Positions 26,764-35,865 of a stretch of DNA of 64,000 nucleotides are shown here, piece by piece (position 1 is the stretch's first letter; each line of letters begins with the position of its first letter). A program made the translations under genes and the position numbers. A model generated the notes under the pieces. That model saw nothing but the letters and a program-made list of their open reading frames with translations, was not told where the DNA came from and did not search any database. The DNA lies in the NCBI GenBank assembly GCA_964431835.1, contig CAYSKO010000005.1, positions 52,167 through 116,166 on the forward strand, given 5' to 3'. This DNA is from an uncultured Planctomycetia bacterium. GTDB taxonomy: Bacteria; Omnitrophota; Gorgyraeia; 2-02-FULL-51-18.

Positions 26764-27942
26764 TCAGAGGGACGAGACCTCGAAGAGGAATCCTTTCAAA
26801 TAATACGTCTCGGGAACGAACGGGTCGATCGGATGATCGAGCGACTGCTTGAGGAAACGCAGGACCCGCAGGGATTTGCGCACGTCCATCGCCGCCGTGA
26901 GCGACGTGTGCATGAGCACCGCGTCGTCGACGTGGTAGGAGCAGGAGAATACCGCCACGCGCCCGCCCTCTTTTACGATCTTCATCGAGCGCAGAAGGAG
27001 TTCCTTGTAGCCCGTGATCGCGCCCTCCAAGGCGGCCTTCTTTTTTACGAAAGACGGCGGGTCAAGGATCACGAGATCGAAACGGGCATCCGCCTTGTCG
27101 AGGGCCTTCAGCTCGTCGAAGACGTTCGCGATCTTGAAACTCAGTTTTTCCTCGGAAATGCCGTTCCGCTTCCGGTTTTCTTCTGCGCGGCGGATCGCGT
27201 CCTCGCCGATGTCGATGCCTGTCGTCTTCCAGCCCGCCCGGGCCAGGTGCAGCCCGAACCCGCCCTCGTAACAGAACGCATCGAGCGCTTCACCCGGCTG
27301 CCCTTGAGCCAACAGTTCGCGGTTTTCCCGTTGATCGAGGTAATGGCCGGTCTTGTGCCCCGCTTCGAGACGAAGGCTGTAACGGATATCCCCTTCGACA
27401 ATCTCGATCTCCCCGCCGCACTCGCGGCGGATCCAGCCGGTCTTCTCCGGAAGGCCTTCGATCCGCCGAGACGACGAATCGCTTCGCTCGAAGATCCCGC
27501 GCGAGGGCATGATCTCGTCCAGAGCGTCAAGAATAAGCGGCCGGAGGCGCTCCATGCCGAACGTCAGGAACTGCACGACGAGCGCTTCGCCGTACTTGTC
27601 GACGATGAGGCCCGGAAGGCCGTCGGCTTCGCTCGAAACGGCCCTCCAGGAGTTCGTTCCACGCACGTTGCGGCGCCGGTAATCGGCCGCAGCGGCTAGA
27701 CGGCGCTGCACGAAGTCCGCGTCGATCGGTGTCTCGCGCCGGGAAAGGATCCGGACCGCGATTTCGGAAGAGGGGTTGTAATAACCGACGCCGGGCGGAC
27801 CCGCGTCGAAACGCACCTTCACGATCGAGCCCGGTTCCGGCGAACCCGCGACGGAGGCGATCTGGCTCTTGTAAATCCAGGGGTGGAACGGACGGTCTGC
27901 GGACGCGCCGCGTTTCAGGGTAACTTGGCCTTCGGTCTTCAT
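26764..27942 (-). CDS. rlmI: RlmI-like class I SAM rRNA methyltransferase with PUA domain
   Basis: HPWIYKS, SEADGLPGLIVDKY, GHKTGHYLDQRENR, LDAFCYEGGF, FDLVILDPPSF. Confidence 0.88.
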   Translation of the reverse strand: MKTEGQVTLKRGASADRPFHPWIYKSQIASVAGSPEPGSIVKVRFDAGPPGVGYYNPSSEIAVRILSRRETPIDADFVQRRLAAAADYRRRNVRGTNSWRAVSSEADGLPGLIVDKYGEALVVQFLTFGMERLRPLILDALDEIMPSRGIFERSDSSSRRIEGLPEKTGWIRRECGGEIEIVEGDIRYSLRLEAGHKTGHYLDQRENRELLAQGQPGEALDAFCYEGGFGLHLARAGWKTTGIDIGEDAIRRAEENRKRNGISEEKLSFKIANVFDELKALDKADARFDLVILDPPSFVKKKAALEGAITGYKELLLRSMKIVKEGGRVAVFSCSYHVDDAVLMHTSLTAAMDVRKSLRVLRFLKQSLDHPIDPFVPETYYLKGFLFEVSSL

Positions 27943-28415
27943 TTTTTCTCGGGATCCTTCAATTTGTCGAACGGACGGTTGAAACCCAGCGAACGAACCC
28001 GGTGGCGGGACGCCCGCTCGTCGCTTTCCTTGCCCCCTTCGGCGATCATCACCGCGAATTCGGCGGGTGCGAACACGCGTGCTCCGGCCCCGCGGGCGAT
28101 GGTCCGGATGGCTGAATCGCGCGTGACGACCACGGTCTTCGCGCGGCCGGCTTCCGTCTTCGAAAAAAGATACCGCTCGATATACGAGTCGGCATTCACC
28201 TTTTGGGAATAAACGGCCCGGAAAGAAGCGGTCCCAAAGGGCGTGAGCTCGTCGTCGGGGCCAATGCCGTCCAAAACGACGAGCACCGTCCGCTCGCCGC
28301 CGGATGCGAAGGAAGCGGCGGCCGTGAACAGGGTCTCGCGGGAAGCGTCACGCGCGCCGGAATGACGCCATTCGTACAGCACGTTATAGCCGTCGATGAG
28401 CCATTCTTCGGACAT
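27939..28415 (-). CDS. YacP-like NYN domain ribonuclease
   Basis: LIDGYNV, VVLDG, VYS..NADSYIE, VVTRD. Confidence 0.85.
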   Translation of the reverse strand: MSEEWLIDGYNVLYEWRHSGARDASRETLFTAAASFASGGERTVLVVLDGIGPDDELTPFGTASFRAVYSQKVNADSYIERYLFSKTEAGRAKTVVVTRDSAIRTIARGAGARVFAPAEFAVMIAEGGKESDERASRHRVRSLGFNRPFDKLKDPEKK

Positions 28416-28502
28416 GACGAGAGAGCCTTAAGGAATGCCAGACGAGACCGTGATCGGTCTGCTCTTAAGCATAGAACGGGCAGGAAAAACCGGTCAACCT
28501 AT

Positions 28503-28739
28503 TTATTTTTCTTCCATTTGCTTCGTGAGATACGCGTCGAGCAGGTCCTTCTTCGAACGCCACCTGCCACCGATCTTGAAGCCCGGGAGAACACCCTTTT
28601 TCAGCCAGCGATACACCGTCATTTCATGGACGCCAAGGTATTTTGCGATCTCCTTGGTCGTCATGATCTGCGTGCGCTCGGGCTTGGCGTACAACCTGGG
28701 GTCCGCCCCGTTGTCGTTGCCGTTACCGTTGTTCATCAT
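28503..28739 (-). CDS. Helix-turn-helix (HTH_17, excisionase-like) DNA-binding protein, copy 1
   Basis: IMTTKEIAKYLGVHEMTVYRW..LPGFKIGGRWR. GGAG RBS precedes ATG 28739 (alternative ATG 28763). Confidence 0.88.
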   Translation of the reverse strand: MMNNGNGNDNGADPRLYAKPERTQIMTTKEIAKYLGVHEMTVYRWLKKGVLPGFKIGGRWRSKKDLLDAYLTKQMEEK

Positions 28740-28781
28740 GATCGCTTCTCCGGTTAATTCCATTTCTTCAGAACTAAACGA

Positions 28782-28810
28782 AGTATAATATAATAATTAC
28801 TATTTGTCAA
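28782..28810 (-). promoter_or_regulatory. Near-consensus sigma70 promoter for HTH copy 1
   Basis: TTGACA-17 bp-TATACT in an AT-rich stretch. Confidence 0.75.
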
Positions 28811-28860
28811 CTTACTTAAGCAATTTTTATCAATTATACATAAATGAATATAAACTTAAT

Positions 28861-28897
28861 AAAACATAAGCCCTTCAATTTGAAGGGCTTATGTTTT
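28861..28897. terminator. Perfect inverted repeat, probable intrinsic terminator
   Basis: AAAACATAAGCCCTTCAA-T-TTGAAGGGCTTATGTTTT downstream of the AsmA-like gene. Confidence 0.7.
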
Positions 28898-28919
28898 CAT
28901 GCATTTTTGAGCCGTTCGA

Positions 28920-29684
28920 TCAATCGAAGAGACTGAGAACTTTCTTGGTCTGGTTCTCGACGGCCTGTGTGCCATCCGAAACGACACCCAGCCCCCCGGA
29001 TACGGCTCCGAGAGCGCCGTCTTTAAAAATCCCGACGTCGAGACCCGCCAGGCGTGAAAGCGTGGTGCGGGTCAGAGCCTCGAACATGATGATCCGGACG
29101 ATCGCGGTGGGGTTGTCGATGTTCGTGTAGACGCGGTCCTTGATGTTTACGTCGAACACCTGCACATTCGGCTCTTTGCCCCCCGAAGAGTAGTCCTTGT
29201 AAACCACGCGGCCGATGGTGAGCGAGAGCTTATCGATTTGAAGCTTCGTCTTCTTGCCCGCCGTTTTCTTCGTTTCAGCGGCCCGCTCCTTGTCGGCCTG
29301 CTTCTCCTCCGGCGTGGGCTTGACGGCGTCGATGTTGAGTTTGCCCTCCCGATTTTTCACGACGATGACTTCTTTTAGGTTCAGGCTCGCCTCCTCGAAG
29401 TGGGCGATTCCCTTGAAGAGATCCATCGGTTCGACGTCGATCTTCACCTGGGGCGCGTGAATCATGAGCTTCTCTGGAAAACCGCGCGGATTCTCGACAC
29501 GCAGATCGCGGAGATCGATGGAGGAAGCCAGGAACGAGAAGCGCGTGCTCCCGATTTTTACGGGTACCTTGGCGGCTTTGGACGCACCCGCGCAGATGGC
29601 GGCCTGAACGATCATGTTCTTGGCGACGTTGAGAACGACGAGCACGACGACGATCGCCACCACGACTTTGAGCTTCCCATTCAT
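28920..29684 (-). CDS. AsmA-like membrane-anchored protein
   Basis: N-terminal TM, then IDLRDLRVENPRGF..GKLNI..LQIDKL. AAGGAGG RBS precedes ATG 29684. Confidence 0.7.
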   Translation of the reverse strand: MNGKLKVVVAIVVVLVVLNVAKNMIVQAAICAGASKAAKVPVKIGSTRFSFLASSIDLRDLRVENPRGFPEKLMIHAPQVKIDVEPMDLFKGIAHFEEASLNLKEVIVVKNREGKLNIDAVKPTPEEKQADKERAAETKKTAGKKTKLQIDKLSLTIGRVVYKDYSSGGKEPNVQVFDVNIKDRVYTNIDNPTAIVRIIMFEALTRTTLSRLAGLDVGIFKDGALGAVSGGLGVVSDGTQAVENQTKKVLSLFD

Positions 29685-29713
29685 ACGAGCCTCCTTTATC
29701 GGTCGATTCGGTG

Positions 29714-30763
29714 TCAGCGGAAAAGCGCGTTCGCGATCGCTCCCAGAACCATCACCTGCGGGACGGCGATCGCGGGAAGCCAGAGCGCCGCACGGCGTCC
29801 GACGTTCCCCCATAAAAGTGAAATTTCCGTGTAATCGGTCACGACCCCGGCCATCAAAAAAATGAACGCATTCCCGAACGCCAGAGTCTGACGGTATAGC
29901 TCGAAAGCGAACGGCGCCGTGCCCTCCGAGCACACTTCGACGACGGTGGCTAGGCCCAGCGTCGCGGCCATCCCCCCCGGTGTGGGACCCATGTAACGCC
30001 GGAAGAATTCCGCCGGCACGAACGTCGCTGCGAGTCCCGAAAACGCCACGCCCACAAAAATCCACGGCAGCGTCATCGCCCCCAGCGCGGTGGAGCCTTT
30101 AAGAATCGCGAGCGCGTCGGCTCGCAGACGGCCGGGCGTCGGCCGGTATTCCTGGAACCTGCGCCGCAGATCGCCCGTTACGGAAAAACCCTCCGCGACG
30201 GAGAACGTTTGCGGGTTCGCCTCCACCCATCCGCGGCGCTCGAGTCCCTGATAGAGAACGCCCGTCGTCGTCGCCACCATGAGCGCGCCTCCTAGAACGA
30301 AGAATGCTTTGGCGCCGAAAAGGCCGAAAAGAAGGAGCGTGATCGGGAGATTCGCCCACGGGCTCGCCAAAAGGAACGCGATCACTACGGGCACCGAAGC
30401 GCCCTTCCTGTAGAGCTGGATCGCGAGCGCAAGGATGCCATGACTACAGGCGCTCATCAACGTCCCTAGGAGGACGGCGGACAGGATCGTGCGCTTTTTT
30501 TGGCCTGTCAGGAGCCTCGAAATATACTCCTTGGGCACGTAACGGTCCATCGCGCCGCCGAGAAGAAGCCCCAAAGCCACGGGGCCGGCGATCTCTCGAA
30601 GGTACATCCCCGCGAACTCCCGGAAGGGCGCGAGCCTGGGCCAGGTGTAGGAGACGGCCCAGAGGGTTGCGAAAGCGGCGGCGGCGGCGGCCAAAGACTT
30701 CGGAAACCGGGGACCGACCGCGGGGCCGCAGCAGCTCGTGGAATCGACGGGACGAGTGGGCAT
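29714..30763 (-). CDS. Predicted permease (DUF318/ArsP-like)
   Basis: MSACSHGILA, AFLLASPWAN, EVCSEGTAP; N-terminal SCCG. Confidence 0.8.
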   Translation of the reverse strand: MPTRPVDSTSCCGPAVGPRFPKSLAAAAAAFATLWAVSYTWPRLAPFREFAGMYLREIAGPVALGLLLGGAMDRYVPKEYISRLLTGQKKRTILSAVLLGTLMSACSHGILALAIQLYRKGASVPVVIAFLLASPWANLPITLLLFGLFGAKAFFVLGGALMVATTTGVLYQGLERRGWVEANPQTFSVAEGFSVTGDLRRRFQEYRPTPGRLRADALAILKGSTALGAMTLPWIFVGVAFSGLAATFVPAEFFRRYMGPTPGGMAATLGLATVVEVCSEGTAPFAFELYRQTLAFGNAFIFLMAGVVTDYTEISLLWGNVGRRAALWLPAIAVPQVMVLGAIANALFR

Positions 30764-30805
30764 GGGATCATTTTACTCCCCTACGCCCGGCGGTTCAACC
30801 GCCGT

Positions 30806-31216
30806 TCACTCTTCTTCGTAACGATCGTACGCGACGATTTCGGTGACGGTCTCGCGGCCGTCTCGGCCGGGCTCCGTGTAAAGGTCGACGTGGTCGCCAA
30901 CCTGAAGCGCGGAGAACTCGAGGTCGTGATTCAGCCGGTTCGTCACGTAGACGTTTTCCGGATCCGCGCGGAAGGAGAGTTTGGATTCGGCGTCGGTCTC
31001 CTCATCGTAGACCGCGACGCCCAGCCAACCCCCCGCATGGTCGACTAGAAGAACGACTCCGTCGTAATATTCCTTGGATTCTTTAACCGGCGCGGGAATC
31101 GGCAACGTTTCGCGGGCGACGGGCTTGGGGGCCGGAGCGGATGCGGGAGCATCCTCCGCCCCGGCGCTGGACGCGACAAGGAGAGCGGCCGACAGGCTAA
31201 TAAGCCAGCGCTTCAT
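30806..31216 (-). CDS. Hypothetical secreted protein, possible small beta-barrel
   Basis: Signal peptide; FSALQVGDHVDLY; coupled to the upstream response regulator. Confidence 0.65.
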   Translation of the reverse strand: MKRWLISLSAALLVASSAGAEDAPASAPAPKPVARETLPIPAPVKESKEYYDGVVLLVDHAGGWLGVAVYDEETDAESKLSFRADPENVYVTNRLNHDLEFSALQVGDHVDLYTEPGRDGRETVTEIVAYDRYEEE

Positions 31217-31565
31217 CGACCTTTACTTTGAGATTCTCCAGCGATAGAGCGCCCTTTTCGAAGAACGCGTAATAACCGAGACCCCTAAAGCGGTCCTCGA
31301 CGTCCTCCTCGGTGCATCCGGAGATGACGATGGCCTTCACCCCCGCTTCGATCCCTTGGAGGACCGGCAGGAACTTGTCGCCGTTGACGATCGGCATGTT
31401 GAAATCCAGGAGCACCACCGGCGGACGCTGGCGGCGGAAAGAAACGATCGCGTCCTCGAGATTATTGGCCACGCTCACTTCGTATCCGTGGGTCTTGAAA
31501 TATTCGACGATCATCTGGGAGAACGCCAGATCGTCGTCGATGATCAAAAGCTTCTTTTTTAACAT
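31197..31565 (-). CDS. Single-domain response regulator
   Basis: LLIIDDD, VVLLDFNMPIVNG, IVISG, FFEKG. Confidence 0.9.
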   Translation of the reverse strand: MLKKKLLIIDDDLAFSQMIVEYFKTHGYEVSVANNLEDAIVSFRRQRPPVVLLDFNMPIVNGDKFLPVLQGIEAGVKAIVISGCTEEDVEDRFRGLGYYAFFEKGALSLENLKVKVDEALAY

Positions 31566-31566
31566 T

Positions 31567-32478
31567 TCAAATGTCCTCGTGATCGTGCGAGACGGGTTCG
31601 ATGTGAACGATCACATCGTTCACGCCCGGGATCTCGCGCCGGATTTCGCGTTCGATGATGTTAGACAAGCGGTGCGCCGCTTGGACGGTCATGCCGTCGT
31701 CCACCACGACATGAAGATCGACGTAGGCCTCTTCCTTCCGGCCGCGCGCGCGGATCTCATGGCAGTCGCGCACCCCCTCCACCCGGCGGACGATCGCGTC
31801 GATCGCCTCGGTCTGAATCGGCGCCTTGTCGAGAAGCACGTCGGAGCTCGTCTTTAGGAGCCGGAGCGCGATCGTGACAATGATCGTCGCGATGACGAAC
31901 GCCAGGATGGCGTCGATTTTGGGGAAACCCAGCCGCAGTCCAGCCAGACCCGCCAATACCGACACCGTCACGAAGACGTCCGAAGCGGTGTGCCAGGCGT
32001 CCGCTCTTAAAAGCTCGCTTTTCAGCTCGTCGGCTTTGCGGCGCTCGTACCACGCCACGAACAGATTAACGACGAGCGTGGCGCCCATGATCGCGAAGCT
32101 GGCGCCGGTGACGCGCGGCGAGCGGTCTTCCATAAAAGCCGAAATCGCGTCCCGGTAGATGCCGAAAGAAACGGCGAACAACAGGAACGCGATGATCGAT
32201 GACGCGAACGTCTCGTATTTCTGGTGACCGTAATGGTGGTCGAAATCGGCCGGATGGCGCGCGAGCGAAATTCCTACTAGGCCGATCACGTTCGAGGCAC
32301 CGTCGGAGAAGGAATGCAGGCCGTCGGCGAAGATCGCGGAACTGTGAATCTTGTAGCCCAGTAATACCTTAAGGAGCGCCACCGTCCAGTTGAGCACGAG
32401 GACCGTCCAAAGAACTCGGAGGATCTCCCGGTGTCGTTCGGGCCGCGGCGCAATCCGTGGATCCGCCAAAGCGGCCAT
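31567..32478 (-). CDS. Cation diffusion facilitator (FieF-like) transporter
   Basis: ADGLHSFSD, HPADFDHHYGHQKYE, ADAWHTASD, VIVHIEP. Confidence 0.92.
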   Translation of the reverse strand: MAALADPRIAPRPERHREILRVLWTVLVLNWTVALLKVLLGYKIHSSAIFADGLHSFSDGASNVIGLVGISLARHPADFDHHYGHQKYETFASSIIAFLLFAVSFGIYRDAISAFMEDRSPRVTGASFAIMGATLVVNLFVAWYERRKADELKSELLRADAWHTASDVFVTVSVLAGLAGLRLGFPKIDAILAFVIATIIVTIALRLLKTSSDVLLDKAPIQTEAIDAIVRRVEGVRDCHEIRARGRKEEAYVDLHVVVDDGMTVQAAHRLSNIIEREIRREIPGVNDVIVHIEPVSHDHEDI

Positions 32479-32481
32479 CGC

Positions 32482-32703
32482 TTAAGAAGTGGTCTTCCTC
32501 TTCTCGCCGCCCCTGTCGATCTCTTTCAGGAGGTAGTTGTCGAGGACTTCCTTCTTGGTCCGCCACTGTCCGCCGACCTTGAAGCCCGGGAGCTTCTTTT
32601 CTTTGAGAAGGCGGTATACGGTCATGGAATGCACCCCGAGGTACTTGGCGACTTCCTTCAAGGTCATGATCTGTGTGCGCTGAGGTCTTTTTTCGTCTGG
32701 CAT
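32482..32703 (-). CDS. Helix-turn-helix (HTH_17, excisionase-like) DNA-binding protein, copy 2
   Basis: IMTLKEVAKYLGVHSMTVYRL..LPGFKVGGQWR. Confidence 0.9.
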   Translation of the reverse strand: MPDEKRPQRTQIMTLKEVAKYLGVHSMTVYRLLKEKKLPGFKVGGQWRTKKEVLDNYLLKEIDRGGEKRKTTS

Positions 32704-32833
32704 GAGTCGTCCTTTTCGCGTTTTTTGTCCTGCGGAAAAAATTCCGGCTCGCGTCAGGCGCGAACCGATGAAAACGATTGTATCAGAGCCTTTACCACTT
32801 TACAACTTCTTTTATCAAAAATAACTATTCTTC

Positions 32834-33262
32834 TTAGGAGGTTTTTTTGGCATCGACGGCGACGCCGAGCTTCCGGATCCCGGCCTGCTTCGCCGTGTCG
32901 AGCACCTTCACGAGGGCCTCCACCGAGGCGGACTTGTCGGCTTTCACCACGAGACCCGCGGATTTAAGCGTCTGGGCGCGGGAGGCGAATTCTTTTTTGA
33001 GGGCGCTCGCGGCCACGCGCCGGCCCCCTACGAAAACCTCGTTCCCCGAGGTGACGAAAACGACCAGTGGCTCCTCCTCTTTCACGCCTGGCGTGGCCGC
33101 AGACTCCCCCGCCGGCAGGCTGACGCGGATCGCGTCCCTCGTTCCCTTCACCATCGAAAGCGACACCATGACGAACGTTGCCAGAAGAAAAAAGACGATA
33201 TCGATGAGCGGGACGATCTCGATACGCGGCTTCCGGCGTTTCTTGGCGGAGGAAAGGTCCAC
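32834..33262 (-). CDS. exbD: ExbD/TolR biopolymer transporter
   Basis: IEIVPLIDIVFFLLATFVM, VKADK..LVKVLDTAKQAG. Confidence 0.9.
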   Translation of the reverse strand: MDLSSAKKRRKPRIEIVPLIDIVFFLLATFVMVSLSMVKGTRDAIRVSLPAGESAATPGVKEEEPLVVFVTSGNEVFVGGRRVAASALKKEFASRAQTLKSAGLVVKADKSASVEALVKVLDTAKQAGIRKLGVAVDAKKTS

Positions 33263-33263
33263 G

Positions 33264-33860
33264 TCAGGCCTTGAGAAGAAGCTCGAGGCGAGTTCCCGCG
33301 TCTTCCAAGTCGCGGCGCGCCTTCTCGAAGCGCGTGTTCAGGAAATTGAGCGGAACAAGCGCGAGAATCGCGATACCCAAGCCGAAGGCCGTCGCGATGA
33401 GGGCTTCGGCGATGCCGCCCGTGATCACGGCGGGCGCGTCGAGCTCCCGGCCGCCGAGGAGGCCGAAGGAGCGGATCATGCCCGTCACCGTGCCCAGAAG
33501 ACCCAGAAGCGGGGCGAGCGTGACGATCGTGTCGAGCGTCGAGAGGCCACGGTCGAAGCGGTCGAGCTCCCGTTTGGCCGCATGGGCCAGCGCCGCGGGT
33601 GCGGCGCTCTTCGGCTGGGAGAGGCCCTGGGCCAGCGCGCGCGCCACGAAATCGCGGCTCTCGGCCGCCTTGCGCGAGGCTTCCTGGACGTTTCCGTCCG
33701 CCACATCCTTCAGGATCGCGTCGACCGTCTGCGGGTCGCGGCGCAGGCCTTCCGACACGTAGAAAAAAAGTCTCTCGAGCACGATGGCCAGCGACACCAC
33801 GGATGCCGCGAAGAGCGGCCACATAATCGGTCCGCCTTTGGAAAAGATCTCGGGTATCAA
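33264..33860 (-). CDS. exbB: ExbB/TolQ/MotA proton channel
   Basis: KGGPIMWPL, APLLGLLGTVTGMI, GGIAEALIATAFGL. TTG start at 33860 with GGAGG RBS. Confidence 0.9.
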   Translation of the reverse strand: MIPEIFSKGGPIMWPLFAASVVSLAIVLERLFFYVSEGLRRDPQTVDAILKDVADGNVQEASRKAAESRDFVARALAQGLSQPKSAAPAALAHAAKRELDRFDRGLSTLDTIVTLAPLLGLLGTVTGMIRSFGLLGGRELDAPAVITGGIAEALIATAFGLGIAILALVPLNFLNTRFEKARRDLEDAGTRLELLLKA

Positions 33861-35185
33861 CGCATTCCCTCCTGTTTGGGCGGTTCGAGGCGGCGCACCC
33901 ACGCAGTCGCCTCTTCCTTCGTGTTCAATTTGCCTTCGAGCTGCGCTTCCTCGACCGCGCGCAGAATGCGCCCGATCTCGGGTCCCTCGGGAACTCCCAG
34001 TGCCATTACGTCTCGGCCGCTCAAGAGCGGGGCGGGCCGGAGAGCCTCCGCGCCGAACGCCTTCATCTTCTTTTTTAAAAAACGCCAATTCGAAAGATCC
34101 CCGTGGCTGGCCAGGCAGTCGATCCGGTGCTGTTCGAGCTCGACCTCGAAGGTGTCCCGGCGGAGAAAGCGCTTGAGCGTCGAGTCGCGCATCTCCTTCA
34201 CGTCCTTAAAACGCATATGGCCCTCGACGCAGGCCACGATCCGGTCCTTGTCTCCGTTTGGGAAGCGCAGACGCTCGAGAATCTTCTCCGTGAGGCGCGC
34301 GCCCACGCGGTCGTGGCCGTCGAAGCGGATCCGCTCGGCCCGCCGGAACGTCGGCGGTTTTCCCACGTCGTGGAGGAGGCACCCGAACGCGAGATCGACC
34401 GGCGCGCGGTCCAGCTGCTCGAGAAGCATCCGCGTGTGGACGAACACGTCCCCTTCCGGATGAAACTGCTTAGGCTGTTTCACCCCTTTCATCGCGGCCA
34501 CCTCGGGCAGCACTTCGACGAGAAGGCCGCTCTTGTCGAGGAGGGTAAGGGCGGCTGCCGGATCGGGCCCGGTGAACATCTTCACGAGTTCGTCGCGCAC
34601 GCGCTCGTGGCTCACGACCCGGATTTTCTTCGCGTGCTTTTTGATGGAACGGAAGGTCTTGGGTTCGATCTTGAAACCCAGCACACACGCGAAACGCACC
34701 GCGCGGAGCATGCGGAGCTTGTCTTCCGAGAAACGGCGCTCCGGGTCGCCGATCGCGCGGATCACCCGGCGCTTCAGGTCGTCGCGACCACCCACCCAGT
34801 CGAGCACCTTCTTCGAAAGAGGGTCGTAGAAAAGGCCGTTCACGGTGAAGTCCCGTCGCAGCGCGTCTTCCTTGGCGTCCGTGAAACGCACGCTCGTCGG
34901 ACGACGGCCGTCGACGTAGCCCTTGTCCGCGCGGAAGGTCGCGACTTCGAAAGGCTTACCGTCGCGGATGACCACGGTCACGCCGAACTGTGCGCCGACG
35001 CCGACCGTCCGGGGGAAGATCGCCGAGATGCGCTCGGGCGTCGCGTCGGTCGCGACATCAAAATCCTTCGGTTTTTTCTTAAGGAGAAGATCGCGCACGG
35101 AGCCGCCCACGAAATAGGCCTCGTGACCCTTTTCACGCAGCGTCCGGAGGATGTCCAGCGCCAACGCCTGGTTGTCGTCGCTCAT
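33857..35185 (-). CDS. CCA tRNA nucleotidyltransferase / poly(A) polymerase family with HD domain
   Basis: YFVGGSVRD, DFDVAT, EDALRRDFTVN, EDKLRMLRAVRF, HPEGDV, LLHDVGK. Confidence 0.93.
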   Translation of the reverse strand: MSDDNQALALDILRTLREKGHEAYFVGGSVRDLLLKKKPKDFDVATDATPERISAIFPRTVGVGAQFGVTVVIRDGKPFEVATFRADKGYVDGRRPTSVRFTDAKEDALRRDFTVNGLFYDPLSKKVLDWVGGRDDLKRRVIRAIGDPERRFSEDKLRMLRAVRFACVLGFKIEPKTFRSIKKHAKKIRVVSHERVRDELVKMFTGPDPAAALTLLDKSGLLVEVLPEVAAMKGVKQPKQFHPEGDVFVHTRMLLEQLDRAPVDLAFGCLLHDVGKPPTFRRAERIRFDGHDRVGARLTEKILERLRFPNGDKDRIVACVEGHMRFKDVKEMRDSTLKRFLRRDTFEVELEQHRIDCLASHGDLSNWRFLKKKMKAFGAEALRPAPLLSGRDVMALGVPEGPEIGRILRAVEEAQLEGKLNTKEEATAWVRRLEPPKQEGMR

Positions 35186-35193
35186 AATTGAAA

Positions 35194-35223
35194 CGCCCCG
35201 TTAGAGGGGTCTCTAACGGGGCG
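35194..35223. terminator. 13-bp stem hairpin between ahpC and the CCA gene
   Basis: CGCCCCGTTAGAG-GGGT-CTCTAACGGGGCG, with only a short T-tract on the minus strand. Confidence 0.5.
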
Positions 35224-35246
35224 CATTGGTGAAGTGATGGATTCGA

Positions 35247-35789
35247 TCAGTTCAGCGTCTTCTGGCCGGGCTTCCACTCACAACCCGTGAGCTTTCCCGT
35301 CTGAAGGGCCTGGAGTGTCCGGATGGTCTCTTCGACCGAGCGGCCCACCGGCAGGTCGTTGACGACCGCCGACTTGAGCACGCCGTTCGGGTCGATGATG
35401 AATGTCCCGCGGAGCGCGATACCCTTGTCCTGCAAGAGGACGTTGAAGTTCTTGGAAACCGTGTGGTTCGTATCGCCGAGGATCGGGAACTTGATCTTCC
35501 CGAGGCTCGATTCGCTCCAAGCCTTGTGCGAGTACACGCTGTCGGTGCTCGCGGCGAGGACTTCGGCGCCGAGTTTCTTGAACTCGTCGAGATTCTTGTC
35601 GAAGTTCTGGATCTCGGTCGGGCACACGAACGTGAAATCGAGCGGGTAGAAGAAAAGAACGAGCCACTTGCTCTTGTAATCGGCGAGCTTTACTTCCTTG
35701 AAGCTTCCGTCCGGCATGAAAGCTTGGGCCGTGAAATCGCCTACCTTCTGACCGACTTGGATGACCTGCTGTTCGTTGGCGATCGCCAT
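35247..35789 (-). CDS. ahpC: Peroxiredoxin (AhpC/Prx1)
   Basis: FFYPLDFTFVCPTE, ALRGTFIIDP, GRSVEE, C-terminal GCEW. Confidence 0.93.
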   Translation of the reverse strand: MAIANEQQVIQVGQKVGDFTAQAFMPDGSFKEVKLADYKSKWLVLFFYPLDFTFVCPTEIQNFDKNLDEFKKLGAEVLAASTDSVYSHKAWSESSLGKIKFPILGDTNHTVSKNFNVLLQDKGIALRGTFIIDPNGVLKSAVVNDLPVGRSVEETIRTLQALQTGKLTGCEWKPGQKTLN

Positions 35790-35825
35790 GGGGAAAACCC
35801 CTCCTTTTCGTTTTAGGGAAATACC

Positions 35826-35853
35826 ATTATACCGCGCCGGAGAAGCGCGTCAA
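35826..35853 (-). promoter_or_regulatory. Sigma70 promoter of ahpC
   Basis: TTGACG-16 bp-TATAAT. Confidence 0.6.
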
Positions 35854-35865
35854 CCCGTACCGGAT

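Noticed and set aside
28503-32703. Prophage or integrative element suggested by excisionase-like genes
   Set aside because: No integrase, att-like repeats, tRNA or phage genes are present, and the neighbours are housekeeping genes.
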